Origin: Alsobacter soli
Lineage (GTDB): Bacteria; Pseudomonadota; Alphaproteobacteria; Rhizobiales; Beijerinckiaceae
Assembly (NCBI GenBank): GCA_945883115.1
Contig: CAMCXA010000005.1
Span: 6,479-70,478 of the forward strand
Direction of reading: 5' to 3'
DNA length: 64,000 nt
Both the position numbers and the translations under genes were made by a program. This document shows, piece after piece, positions 10,002-19,010 of this stretch (positions within the stretch are counted from its first letter, which is position 1; every line of letters begins with the position of its first letter). Under the pieces are notes generated by a model that made no database searches, was not told the DNA's origin, and saw only the letters and a program-made list of their open reading frames with translations.

Positions 10002-10442
10002 TTATTCATCATGGATCTGATGGTAATCCCCCGGTCCACCTTTGAGCCAAGCGTAAAGTTCCCAGACGGTTCCGTCCGGGTCGGAAAAATAGGCGCAGCG
10101 TGCATTCCAGAGATAATCTTCCGGAGGCTTCACAAATTTGACGCCCTTGTCATGCAGCTCTTTGAAATACTGGTCGACCAGATCAGGTGATTTCAGTTCG
10201 ACTGCAATACAAGTCTTGTGAATTCCCTGCGGCCCACGGGCATTGGATACCCCTGTATGGGTATTGAGATGGTCGAGTTCCCATGCGGCCAGTGTAAGCC
10301 CGACACCGCTGAAATCCGCAAATCCTTCCGCCCTGCGCCGGAGTTTGAAGCCGAGCTTTTCCGTGTAAAATGCAACGGTGGCCTCAATATTCTCTACCAG
10401 AATACAAATGTCGGAAATTGCCTGTTCCTGTGCGAATGCCAT
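10002..10442 (-). CDS. VOC (glyoxalase/bleomycin resistance/dioxygenase) family protein
   Basis: 146-aa ORF with a VOC-like N-terminus (ICILVENIEATVAFYTEKLGFKL). Its start shares 1 nt with the stop of the upstream GntR gene (TGATG). Confidence 0.65.
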   Translation of the reverse strand: MAFAQEQAISDICILVENIEATVAFYTEKLGFKLRRRAEGFADFSGVGLTLAAWELDHLNTHTGVSNARGPQGIHKTCIAVELKSPDLVDQYFKELHDKGVKFVKPPEDYLWNARCAYFSDPDGTVWELYAWLKGGPGDYHQIHDE

Positions 10443-11200
10443 CAGTTTACCTTTCTTGTCTCGTTCAGTAATGGCCGGTCATGAAGGGTGCGGGTCATGT
10501 TGATCCCGACCCGTTCCGCCGCCCCGATAATGTGACGTCTCATCGCGAGGCGGGCAGTATCCGGATCGCCGCTCGCAATCGCTTCATAAATGGCGGCGTG
10601 CTCGGCGAGATTGGTTTCGACCAGACTGTCGATCGGGTTTTTTTCCCGCGCATAATGGATTGATTGCCGAATGCGCTCGCAAATGAAGCTGATGAACGTA
10701 TTGATGAATTCATTTCCGGTCGCGTGTGCAATTTCCCGATGGAAGGCAAGATCGGCATCGATACTGCCTTCCTCCCAGCGCTCATTGCCGCTCATTCGGT
10801 CAAGGGCATCACGAATTAGATCAAGCGACCCCTGGCTGCGCCGCTCCGCTGCCAGTCCTGCGGCCTCCGTCTCGAGAATATTGCGCAATTCGAAAAACCG
10901 CTCCATGCCTTCCGTATCGCGCAGGGCCGCCGGATCAATCCGGATGACAGAGCGTTTCTCGGGAGCCATCACAAAAGCACCAACCCCCTGCCGCGCCATG
11001 ATAACGCCGTCGGCCCGCAACTGGGATACGGCTTCCCGGATCACATTGCGGCTCACACCGAAACTTTCTGCCATTTCATTTTCTGTCGGCAACCGCGCAC
11101 CTGTCTGAAGCCGCCCGGAAGAAATCTCCCGATTGATGGACGACGCTACCCGACTGGGCAGATGCTGGTCTCTCTCAAGCGTGGGAATTTTCATCTTCAT
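10442..11200 (-). CDS. GntR family transcriptional regulator (FadR/FCD subfamily)
   Basis: It has an N-terminal winged helix-turn-helix (LPTENEMAESFGVSRNVIREAVSQLRADGVI) and a C-terminal FCD-like helical domain. Confidence 0.85.
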   Translation of the reverse strand: MKMKIPTLERDQHLPSRVASSINREISSGRLQTGARLPTENEMAESFGVSRNVIREAVSQLRADGVIMARQGVGAFVMAPEKRSVIRIDPAALRDTEGMERFFELRNILETEAAGLAAERRSQGSLDLIRDALDRMSGNERWEEGSIDADLAFHREIAHATGNEFINTFISFICERIRQSIHYAREKNPIDSLVETNLAEHAAIYEAIASGDPDTARLAMRRHIIGAAERVGINMTRTLHDRPLLNETRKVN

Positions 11201-11407
11201 GATATTTTCCTGTCGCCGGCCGGCAAATCAACCGGCCTCGACCCTGATCCCGATACTGACCTGAGTTTGGTCATCCTACAAGTTCAATTTCCGGACTCTA
11301 TGAAAGTTATCCGCTGCAAAAGGCAGCCCGTGAGGCGCGATCAAACTTGAAGAATCAGCACCACTTCCACATCGTTAAAAAATTGAATTGCTTGGAGGAT
11401 CGTTCTC

Positions 11408-11959
11408 TTGAAACACATCACGCTCATTCGCCACGGCCAGTCCACCTTCAACGCAGCCTATGAGTTGACTGGCCGTGATCCCGGCTTTATCGATGCGCGA
11501 CTGAGCGAACTTGGCGAGCAACAAGCCACTCAGACTGGCATCGCGCTCAAGGATTTTCACGTTGATCTCGTCGTCGCCTCGCCCTTGACCCGCGCGATCC
11601 AGACCGCAAGCTTCATCTTTCGCGGCCGAAACCTGCCCACTTACGTCACCTGCCGCCATCGCGAGCGCGTCGAATCAACCGCCGATGTCGGCCGCTCGCC
11701 AGCCCTTCTCGCGGAAGAATTCCCCCATTTCGATTTCGACCATCTCGACGATCCCTGGTGGCACCATGATCCCGCCTCCGTCGGCCCCTTCGCGGTCGAG
11801 CCGGTCGAGACCTTCCAGCAGCGCGTCGAACATTTTAAAGACTGGCTGAGAGGACACGAGGCCCAGCGCATCGCAGTCGTCGGCCACGCCACCTTTTTCA
11901 GCGCCATGACGGGCCACTGGATGCAAAATTGTGAAGTCTTCCAATGGCAGGGTGAGTGA
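11408..11959 (+). CDS. Histidine phosphatase (phosphoglycerate mutase-like) family protein
   Basis: TTG start. The catalytic RHG motif is at the N-terminus (ITLIRHGQSTFN). 183 aa. Confidence 0.75.
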   Translation: MKHITLIRHGQSTFNAAYELTGRDPGFIDARLSELGEQQATQTGIALKDFHVDLVVASPLTRAIQTASFIFRGRNLPTYVTCRHRERVESTADVGRSPALLAEEFPHFDFDHLDDPWWHHDPASVGPFAVEPVETFQQRVEHFKDWLRGHEAQRIAVVGHATFFSAMTGHWMQNCEVFQWQGE

Positions 11960-12021
11960 CCTAAATCGGCATGCAGCCCTTGTAAAAACTTCCCGTTGAT
12001 TATCGTAAGGAAAGCTCCACC

Positions 12022-13014
12022 TCACGCACTCCGCCGCATCCGTCGTGCCTTCATTGCCTCATGGGCTTCGGGCGTCCCGTCGTGGAACGAGCCGAACCAG
12101 CGATCGAGCGGCACCATCCCGTCTGAATAATTCACCTCGAAATATTTGTGATGCAGGTAATGCGCATAATAGGACGTGTCCATGCTCGCCTCATTGCCCA
12201 CAACCACGCGGTCAAATCCGGTATGGCCCTGCGCGGGCGCAAGCCCGAGGCGTGAGGCGAGGTTGATCATGTGGACCGGATGGGAGGGGATCAGGAAAAA
12301 CAGCGCAATCGTCGAAAAATAAATCACATGCTCCAGCGGATGCATCGACAATCCCGACCATGGCCCCGGATTGACGTTCCGGTGATGCAGCTTGTGCGCC
12401 ATCTCGTAGAGCGGCGTCCAGTGCAGCAAACGATGCGCAAAATAAAACCCGACCTCGTGGATGAACGGCACCAGGAAGAACAACGCGATAAACCCGACAG
12501 GATGGGTTGAGAATTCGATCATCGGCGCAATCTGGTTGGCATAGGCCCAGAGCAGCAACACCTCATACGCCGTCCAGATCGGCACACCGCTCACCAGTGT
12601 ATGAAACATATTGTCATAGGTCTGGTTCTTGAACAGGAACGCGCCGGACTCCTCCTTCGGCCATTGCTTGTTGTATTTGAACTGCGTCCCCTGCCTGCGC
12701 CACACATAAAGCCATACATGCCAAGCCCCGTAGACAAGCAGCGCGAGCACGATATTCCGCCCGAGGATCATCCCCGCCCAGATGGGTGAAAATGTCGCGA
12801 GCGTCTCAAGCGGCGGCGTCAGATAGGTCCAGATCAGGAGGGCCGCCACAGCATAAAGCACGTTCCACGGCAAAAAATACCCCGGAAATCCGAAAAAGAA
12901 CTTCAACAAAGCCCGCGGGTTCGGCGGCCACTCAAAGAACGGCCCGTAACTGATCGGCTTTTCAGGCACCCAATTGCCACGGGAATCTTCCTGTCCGAAC
13001 CGCCGATCATCCAT
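12022..13014 (-). CDS. Fatty acid hydroxylase / sterol desaturase family membrane protein
   Basis: Histidine boxes HRLLHW, HKLHHRN and HYLHHKY, plus several hydrophobic segments. I chose the start at ATG 13014 (GAAGGGG Shine-Dalgarno sequence upstream) over the track start at 13071. Confidence 0.75.
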   Translation of the reverse strand: MDDRRFGQEDSRGNWVPEKPISYGPFFEWPPNPRALLKFFFGFPGYFLPWNVLYAVAALLIWTYLTPPLETLATFSPIWAGMILGRNIVLALLVYGAWHVWLYVWRRQGTQFKYNKQWPKEESGAFLFKNQTYDNMFHTLVSGVPIWTAYEVLLLWAYANQIAPMIEFSTHPVGFIALFFLVPFIHEVGFYFAHRLLHWTPLYEMAHKLHHRNVNPGPWSGLSMHPLEHVIYFSTIALFFLIPSHPVHMINLASRLGLAPAQGHTGFDRVVVGNEASMDTSYYAHYLHHKYFEVNYSDGMVPLDRWFGSFHDGTPEAHEAMKARRMRRSA

Positions 13015-13104
13015 GTCCAGCCCCTTCACTATTGATGCACTGATGGAACCACAGGAAAGCCAACTAATCAATTCATGTAAAGCGATTGCTCGTTGGAAAA
13101 AATG

Positions 13105-13140
13105 AACAACAAAAAACCGCTCAACGCATGCGCCAAGCGG
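13105..13140 (-). terminator. Intrinsic terminator downstream of cspA
   Basis: The minus strand reads CCGCTTGGCGCATGCGTTGAGCGG, a 10-bp stem that includes G-U pairs with a 4-nt loop. It is followed by TTTTTTGTTGTT and lies about 66 nt after the cspA stop. Confidence 0.6.
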
Positions 13141-13205
13141 TCATTAATGTCAGTGTGGCAAGGAAGCGGAGTAAAGACCGTAGATCGTTACGCCGCTTCG
13201 ACTGA

Positions 13206-13415
13206 TCAGATCAGTTTCAGATTGCCAGCGCTCGTCTTGCCCTTCTTGGGGTCGGCGATCAATTCAAAGCCAATCTTCTGGTTTTCCTGCAGATCGCGCA
13301 GTCCTGCCTGTTCAACAGCAGAAATATGCACGAACACATCAGCGCCGCCATTATCAGGCTGAATAAACCCAAAACCCTTGGCGCTATTAAACCACTTTAC
13401 AGTTCCCGTTATCAT
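13206..13415 (-). CDS. cspA: Cold-shock protein (CspA family)
   Basis: [34 protein letters not shown] contains the RNP1 and RNP2 motifs. The ATG at 13415 has an AGAGGA Shine-Dalgarno sequence. The longer track ORF adds an implausible N-terminus. Confidence 0.95.
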   Translation of the reverse strand: MITGTVKWFNSAKGFGFIQPDNGGADVFVHISAVEQAGLRDLQENQKIGFELIADPKKGKTSAGNLKLI

Positions 13416-13571
13416 CTCGTCCTCTAAAAACGTTTCATTAATGAAAAACAGTACAGTGCCTGCGCGGTAAAGGCAATCGCGCATTCAATAAAAATAAATA
13501 AACAATTTCCCTATTGCGAATTGAGCGTATATCGCAGGAAATTTCGCCAGGAAAGCCGCAATTCGTTGGGA

Positions 13572-13754
13572 TCAAGCGCCCATTGCGTTCATTTCAGAAT
13601 GCATCTTGTTGAACCGCCGCACCTGATTTGTCCGCGATTTACGAGTGTTGAACAAAACTTTTTTCATTTTTGTCCATTCTTTCAAATCTTCCAGACGCTT
13701 TTCGATCCGGTACCATTTGATGTCGTCGAGATAGGTCATGTCGTTAATATTCAT
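13572..13754 (-). CDS. Hypothetical small protein (60 aa), an orphan ORF in an AT-rich segment
   Basis: The ATG at 13754 is preceded by an AGGGGG Shine-Dalgarno sequence 5 nt upstream and by a sigma54-type promoter. I recognise no protein family. Confidence 0.4.
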   Translation of the reverse strand: MNINDMTYLDDIKWYRIEKRLEDLKEWTKMKKVLFNTRKSRTNQVRRFNKMHSEMNAMGA

Positions 13755-13793
13755 AAGTGCCCCCTGTCAAAAATATTACTTAAATATTAACAA

Positions 13794-13809
13794 TGCAAAG
13801 CATGTGCCA
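13794..13809 (-). promoter_or_regulatory. Sigma54 (RpoN) -24/-12 promoter candidate
   Basis: The minus strand reads TGGCAC-ATGCT-TTGCA, an exact match to the TGGCAC-N5-TTGCW consensus. It lies 40 nt upstream of the ATG at 13754. Confidence 0.55.
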
Positions 13810-13926
13810 GTTCCCGAAAAAATAAAATTATTTCATCCGCGTTCCGGCATCAAACTTGCTGATACTCGCCAAGCGGTCACCAATGCCGCTGGTGAAGTCT
13901 ACAAGCGATGTTAGGGTAGCGTTGAG

Positions 13927-14193
13927 ATGGATATTGTACGGATCCAGTTCCTAGACGAAAACGAAGTCTGGCAGACAATGGCTTTTTCGTTCAAGGAGGT
14001 TGATTTGAAGGCGGAAGCGCGGCGCTACTGCTCCTCCGGTTATGGAGCAAAAACCCTCCGCGCAATCGACTCGGCCGACAACATTGTCGACACGTTTTTC
14101 ACGGTCATCGATGGGGGTAACAAGGCACCAGCCTATTTCAAGCCGCGCCTCGTTCCCAAATCGCTCAGGCCGCGTCTGGCAATTGTCAACTGA
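13927..14193 (+). CDS. Hypothetical protein (88 aa)
   Basis: ORF only. It has a weak Shine-Dalgarno sequence and lower GC than the flanks. I recognise no family. Confidence 0.3.
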   Translation: MDIVRIQFLDENEVWQTMAFSFKEVDLKAEARRYCSSGYGAKTLRAIDSADNIVDTFFTVIDGGNKAPAYFKPRLVPKSLRPRLAIVN

Positions 14194-14310
14194 CCGGCAC
14201 CACTGCTGACTCTGAAATCCGTTGCGATTGGCTTCCCCTCTCGGCATTTCAAATCAGTTTGTGCTAGTCTGCGCTCTACGTTGTTTCACTGCCCGTCGGA
14301 TGGTCTCATT

Positions 14311-15345
14311 ATGGAAGCTCTCTATCTTCACGCCGCGTTTGATGCGCGTGTGTCTCCTTTCAATCTGCGCGAAGGCGCGGAAGGCGAGGCCCTTTTGAAA
14401 GTCGCCGCCGTCGGCCTGTGCGGCTCGGACCTCCATTATTACAAGGATGGCGGCATTGGTGGCGCAATCATCCGCAAGCCCTTCGTTCCGGGCCATGAAT
14501 TCGCCGGCTGGCTCGAACAGGATGTCCCGTCCCTCGGCCTTGCCAAAGGCGCTCTCGTCGCGGTGGATCCAAATAAAGCCTGCGGCACCTGCGCCCATTG
14601 CCATGCCGGCTTCCATAATCTCTGTCCGAATGTCGAATTCATCGGCGCGCCGCCTTTCGATGGCGCGATGACCCAGAAAATCTGGGTGCCGGAGGATCAG
14701 ATCGTTCCGCTGCCGCAAACGCTCACCCCGCTTCAGGCGGTGATGCTCGAGCCGCTCGGCGTTGCCATCCATGCCGTTGATCTCGCCAAGCCCCGTTTGC
14801 TCGAGCGCGTCTCGCTCCTCGGCTGCGGCCCCATCGGCCTGCTCATTCTGCAAGTACTGAAGGCGGCCGGCGCCGGAGAAATCCTCGCCGTCGATCCGCA
14901 GGCCCATCGCCGCGAAATGGCCCTCAAACTTGGAGCCACGCAGGTCGCAAGCTCGATCGAAGAACTCCGCTCCTTCACAAAAGGCGAGGGGACCCCCCTT
15001 GTCGTCGAAGCCACGAATTCGCCGGATGGCTTCCGCGAGGCGGTGTTGGCCGCGCGCATTGGCGGACGTCTCACGCTTGTCGGCATTCCCGACGGCGACA
15101 CCTACACTTTGCCCGCTGCCGAGGCACGACGGCGCGGCCTCAAGATCAAGTTTTCCCGCCGCATGGGCAATGTATATCCGAGTGCCATTGATCTCGTCAC
15201 ATCCGGCACGGTGGATGTCGACACCATCGTCAGCCATTCGTTCCTGCTGGCCGAGACTCCCGACGCATTCCGCAAACACGCCGAAAACGCACCCGGCTTC
15301 ATCAAAAGCCTGATCTATCCGAACGGCCTGTCCGCAACCGCCTGA
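14311..15345 (+). CDS. Zinc-dependent alcohol/polyol dehydrogenase (MDR family; sorbitol or threonine dehydrogenase-like)
   Basis: GLCGSDLHYY, PGHEFAG and the structural-zinc cysteines CGTCAHCHAGFHNLC, plus the GCGPIGL Rossmann motif. I chose the ATG at 14311 inside the track ORF. Confidence 0.85.
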   Translation: MEALYLHAAFDARVSPFNLREGAEGEALLKVAAVGLCGSDLHYYKDGGIGGAIIRKPFVPGHEFAGWLEQDVPSLGLAKGALVAVDPNKACGTCAHCHAGFHNLCPNVEFIGAPPFDGAMTQKIWVPEDQIVPLPQTLTPLQAVMLEPLGVAIHAVDLAKPRLLERVSLLGCGPIGLLILQVLKAAGAGEILAVDPQAHRREMALKLGATQVASSIEELRSFTKGEGTPLVVEATNSPDGFREAVLAARIGGRLTLVGIPDGDTYTLPAAEARRRGLKIKFSRRMGNVYPSAIDLVTSGTVDVDTIVSHSFLLAETPDAFRKHAENAPGFIKSLIYPNGLSATA

Positions 15346-16524
15346 TCAGCCCGCCGCAAACTGCGTCGCAAGGCTCGCAAACGCCGCGAGGCAGTCGCGG
15401 TCGATCCCGTCATCCACGGGCAAAGCCTGCGCCGATGTTTTGGCAATCACCACGCCATGTGTCGGGTCGATATAAATCCATTGGCCGTGAATGCCGATGG
15501 CGCAGAGACATTTATTCGCGTCGCCCACCTCATACCATTGGCTGCGATATCGGCCGTCGCTCAGCAAATGTTCGCCGCCCTTCAGCCAAGCCTCTTGGCT
15601 CCCGCCTGTCCAGAGATCGCTGATCCAGCCTTCCGGCACGACCTGTTCATTCCCGGCGCGTCCCCTCATCCGCACCATCTCTCCCACTTTCGCGAGATCG
15701 TCCGTCGTCACGCAAATCCCGCCCGCCGACCGCGGATTGCCCTGCGGGTCCACTGTCACATAGGCTTCTGTCGATGCGCCGATCTTCTGCCAGAGTAATT
15801 CGCTGACAAGCTCGGCGAACGGCTTGCCGCCCGCCCGCTGCACAACTGCACCCAGCACGTCGCTCGTCGGCGACGCATAGAAAAACCGTTCGCCATGCGG
15901 ATGCGGCAGCCGCTGCAAGGTCTGCGCAAACGAGACCAGATTGAGCATGTCTTGGGTCATATCAACCGGGTTCCACAACATCGCCCGCCGATAGCGCGCA
16001 AACGCACTTTCGGGATCGAGATAATCCTCTACGAAATCGAGGCTCACCGTCATATCGAGAAGATGTCGCACGGTGCAGTCATCGCCATAGGCCGAGCCCG
16101 CCAGTTCCGGCAGATAGGTCGTCACGCGATCCTCCGCGTTCAAAAGTCCCTTGCCCTGCAAAATCCCCGCAAGAAGTCCCGTGATCGATTTGCTCACCGA
16201 GAACAACAGATGCGGTTCTGTCGGGTCACATTCCGGTGCGTGCCATGTCAGCACCGTCTTGCCACCACTCAGCACAATCAAACCGTTCGTTTCCGTCTCG
16301 GTCAGAAATTTTTCGAGCGGCACAGTCTGTCCTGCCGAGAGCGGCACGGAAATCCCGCCTTTCCGGATAGACCACGGATCATTCCCGCCCGCTGCCCCTT
16401 GGGCAATCCGGATGCGCGCCGTCGGCACCAGTTCACGCACATGCTGAAACGACCACCGGTTGAACGGCGAAAGCCGCCAATTCGCAATGGAAAGATCATC
16501 GGGTCGGGCAAATGGGTACGTCAC
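15346..16524 (-). CDS. Serine hydrolase, beta-lactamase/transpeptidase-like (class C esterase family)
   Basis: SxxK motif in LFSVSKSITGLLAGIL. 392 aa. Confidence 0.7.
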   Translation of the reverse strand: MTYPFARPDDLSIANWRLSPFNRWSFQHVRELVPTARIRIAQGAAGGNDPWSIRKGGISVPLSAGQTVPLEKFLTETETNGLIVLSGGKTVLTWHAPECDPTEPHLLFSVSKSITGLLAGILQGKGLLNAEDRVTTYLPELAGSAYGDDCTVRHLLDMTVSLDFVEDYLDPESAFARYRRAMLWNPVDMTQDMLNLVSFAQTLQRLPHPHGERFFYASPTSDVLGAVVQRAGGKPFAELVSELLWQKIGASTEAYVTVDPQGNPRSAGGICVTTDDLAKVGEMVRMRGRAGNEQVVPEGWISDLWTGGSQEAWLKGGEHLLSDGRYRSQWYEVGDANKCLCAIGIHGQWIYIDPTHGVVIAKTSAQALPVDDGIDRDCLAAFASLATQFAAG

Positions 16525-16636
16525 GAATGGCGCTCCTGGTTCAGCTTCGGTTGGCGTGAGCGCAGACTGCTAGGCCCTGCCAATATTGAAGGGTCAAGAT
16601 AGATCAGATTTTTGGGCCGTGTCCAATGGTGTCCGC

Positions 16637-17647
16637 CTAAACGCTTGCGGCAAACCGGTCGAAAACATCCAGTGCCGCTCGCTTCTCGGCATCAGAGAGA
16701 AAGGACGCGATAAACGAATTGCGCCCGAGCGCCAGAAGTTCGCTCTGGTTTAAATCAAGTGCCTCTTGGATGGCGATAAAATTGTCATTGATATACCCGC
16801 CGAAATAGGACGGATCATCCGAATTGACAGTCACGAGCAGGCCGGCATTTAACATGGCCCTCAGTGGATGCTTTTTCAGATCAGGCGTCACCTGCAAACG
16901 CCGATTCGAGAGCGGACACACCGTCATCGGAATTTGCTGGCGTGCAATCCGCGCAACGAGTGCGGGGTCTTCGAGCGCGCGGTTGCCATGGTCGATCCGC
17001 TGCACCTGCAACAAATCAATCGCCTCGCACACATACGCCGCAGGGCCTTCCTCGCCCGCATGCGCCACCGGCACAAACCCCTGTTCGCGTGCCTCGCGGA
17101 AAACGCGTTCAAATTTGGAGGGCGGGTGTCCCTTCTCTGACGAATCGAGGCCGACTGCAAAAATATGGTCCTTGCAACGGCACGCCTGCTTCAGCGTCAC
17201 AAACGCCTCTTCCTCCGGCAAATGGCGCAGAAAACACAGGATCAGTTTTGCCGAAATCCCGAAATCGGATCGGGCCCTGTCAAACGCGTCGATAATCCCG
17301 CTCAAAACCGTATCAAACGAGATACCCCGTCCCGTGTGCGCCTGCGGGTCAAAGAAGATTTCGACATGGCGCACATTCTGCGCATTCATCTTTTCAAGAT
17401 ACGCGAAGGTCAGGTCGAAAAAGTCCTGCCGCGTAATCAGAACCGACATGCCCTCGTAATAAAGATCGAGAAAATCCTGCAAAGAGCCGAAGTCATACGC
17501 CTTGCGAATACTCTCGACGGAGTCGTAGCGCAGGGAAATTCCGTTACGCTTTGCAAGCGCAAACATCATTTCCGGTTCGAGCGTGCCCTCAATGTGAAGA
17601 TGCAGCTCCGCTTTCGGCATTGTCTCGATAAGCGTGCGACTGTCCAT
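16637..17647 (-). CDS. Adenosine/adenine deaminase family protein
   Basis: MDSRTLIETMPKAELHLHIEGTLEPEMMF together with the VNSDDPSYFGGYI motif. I chose the ATG at 17647; an alternative ATG lies at 17620. Confidence 0.85.
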   Translation of the reverse strand: MDSRTLIETMPKAELHLHIEGTLEPEMMFALAKRNGISLRYDSVESIRKAYDFGSLQDFLDLYYEGMSVLITRQDFFDLTFAYLEKMNAQNVRHVEIFFDPQAHTGRGISFDTVLSGIIDAFDRARSDFGISAKLILCFLRHLPEEEAFVTLKQACRCKDHIFAVGLDSSEKGHPPSKFERVFREAREQGFVPVAHAGEEGPAAYVCEAIDLLQVQRIDHGNRALEDPALVARIARQQIPMTVCPLSNRRLQVTPDLKKHPLRAMLNAGLLVTVNSDDPSYFGGYINDNFIAIQEALDLNQSELLALGRNSFIASFLSDAEKRAALDVFDRFAASV

Positions 17648-18893
17648 TCGGAGCCCTTCTCTTGTTCCTCGGTAATGCGGGCTCGACAACACCCTTCTCG
17701 AATTCGGTGATATAATCCCGCGTTATCGGCACGCGATCAACCGATTTTGCGAGCTGTATCTGGAAAACCATCTGCCCGCTATGACGGAATGAATATTCGC
17801 TTGTGAGCAGGTAGAATTCCCACATCCGGCAGAAGCGCTCGTCATAGATTCCGCGGATGATTTCTCTGTTTTCATTAAACCGCTCGCGCCAACGTTTCAG
17901 CGTCTCGGCATAGTGAACCCGCAAAATCTCGATATCGGTGATGCACAAATGCGCCTTCTCGATTGCGGGGATGACTTCCGAGAGCGATGGCGCATAGCCA
18001 CCCGGGAAAATATAGCGGTTGATCCAAGGGTTCGTGTGCCCGGGCAGGTCCGAGCGGCCGATCGCGTGGATCAGCGCGACACCATCGTCAGCCAGCAATT
18101 CCGAGACTTTGGAGAAATAGGTATTGAAATGGTTCACACCGACATGTTCGAACATGCCCACCGATACAATCCGGTCATATTTTCCCGTTTCATGTCTGTA
18201 ATCGGAAATCTTGAACCGGACGCGATCCGAAACGCCCGAGGTTCTGGCCCGCTTGTTCGAGACCTCGTGCTGATTGTCCGAAAGCGTCAATCCGGTCACA
18301 TCTGCCTTGGCAATTTCCGCGAGATACAGCCCGAGCCCGCCCCAGCCCGATCCGATATCCAGAATTTTCTGGCCCGGCTTCAGCAGAAGTTTCGCCGCAA
18401 TATGCCGCTTCTTCTGAGCCTGCGCCTGCTCGATCGTATCTTCCGGGGACCGACAATAGGCGCAGGAATATTGCCGGTCCGTGTCCAAAAACAGGTCATA
18501 GAGCGTATCGGAGAGATCGTAATGATGTTTCACATTGCGTCTTGATCGCCCCGTAGGATTGAATTGCACGATCCGGCGCCAGAGCCGTCCGAGCGGATTG
18601 ATGATCGGGCTGAACGGAAACCTGAAATTGAACGTGCCGAGATTGGCAAAAATCAGATCGATTGCCTCTTCCAGCGTACTACCATCAAAGGTCATCCGCC
18701 CATCCATATAGGCCTCGCCTGACTCCATTTCAGGGTTCAGCATCAACCGCCACGCGGTCATCCGGTCGTGAATTCGAAGGGTCGCTTTTGGCGCATTTCC
18801 GTCTCCGAAGACCATGCGCTGGCCTTTCGGGTCAATCACCGTGAGTGTTCCCTTCCGGATCAATTTCGAGAATAAAAAATCAAGCGCAACCAT
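17589..18893 (-). CDS. cfa: Cyclopropane-fatty-acyl-phospholipid synthase (SAM-dependent methyltransferase)
   Basis: SAM-binding motif ILDIGSGWGGLGLYLA and Cfa-type flanking regions (HYDLSDTLYDLFLD, YRRWRERF-like). I chose the start at ATG 18893. The 3' end overlaps the downstream deaminase start. Confidence 0.85.
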   Translation of the reverse strand: MVALDFLFSKLIRKGTLTVIDPKGQRMVFGDGNAPKATLRIHDRMTAWRLMLNPEMESGEAYMDGRMTFDGSTLEEAIDLIFANLGTFNFRFPFSPIINPLGRLWRRIVQFNPTGRSRRNVKHHYDLSDTLYDLFLDTDRQYSCAYCRSPEDTIEQAQAQKKRHIAAKLLLKPGQKILDIGSGWGGLGLYLAEIAKADVTGLTLSDNQHEVSNKRARTSGVSDRVRFKISDYRHETGKYDRIVSVGMFEHVGVNHFNTYFSKVSELLADDGVALIHAIGRSDLPGHTNPWINRYIFPGGYAPSLSEVIPAIEKAHLCITDIEILRVHYAETLKRWRERFNENREIIRGIYDERFCRMWEFYLLTSEYSFRHSGQMVFQIQLAKSVDRVPITRDYITEFEKGVVEPALPRNKRRAPNGQSHAYRDNAESGAASSH

Positions 18894-19010
18894 AACCGCC
18901 ACACCCCCGAGCCTCTTTTTGCTCGAATGTATTGCGTTAGCCCTGCCTGTCAACAATTTTGACTAAAATATGACCGAACAGAAATAGCGTAGGGACTTCT
19001 CCTCCCGCGC

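Noticed and set aside
11201-11407. A GntR/FadR-type operator (GT-Nx-AC) such as TGGTCATCCTACA at about 11265.
   Set aside because: Only the minimal GT...AC ends are palindromic, so it is indistinguishable from chance.
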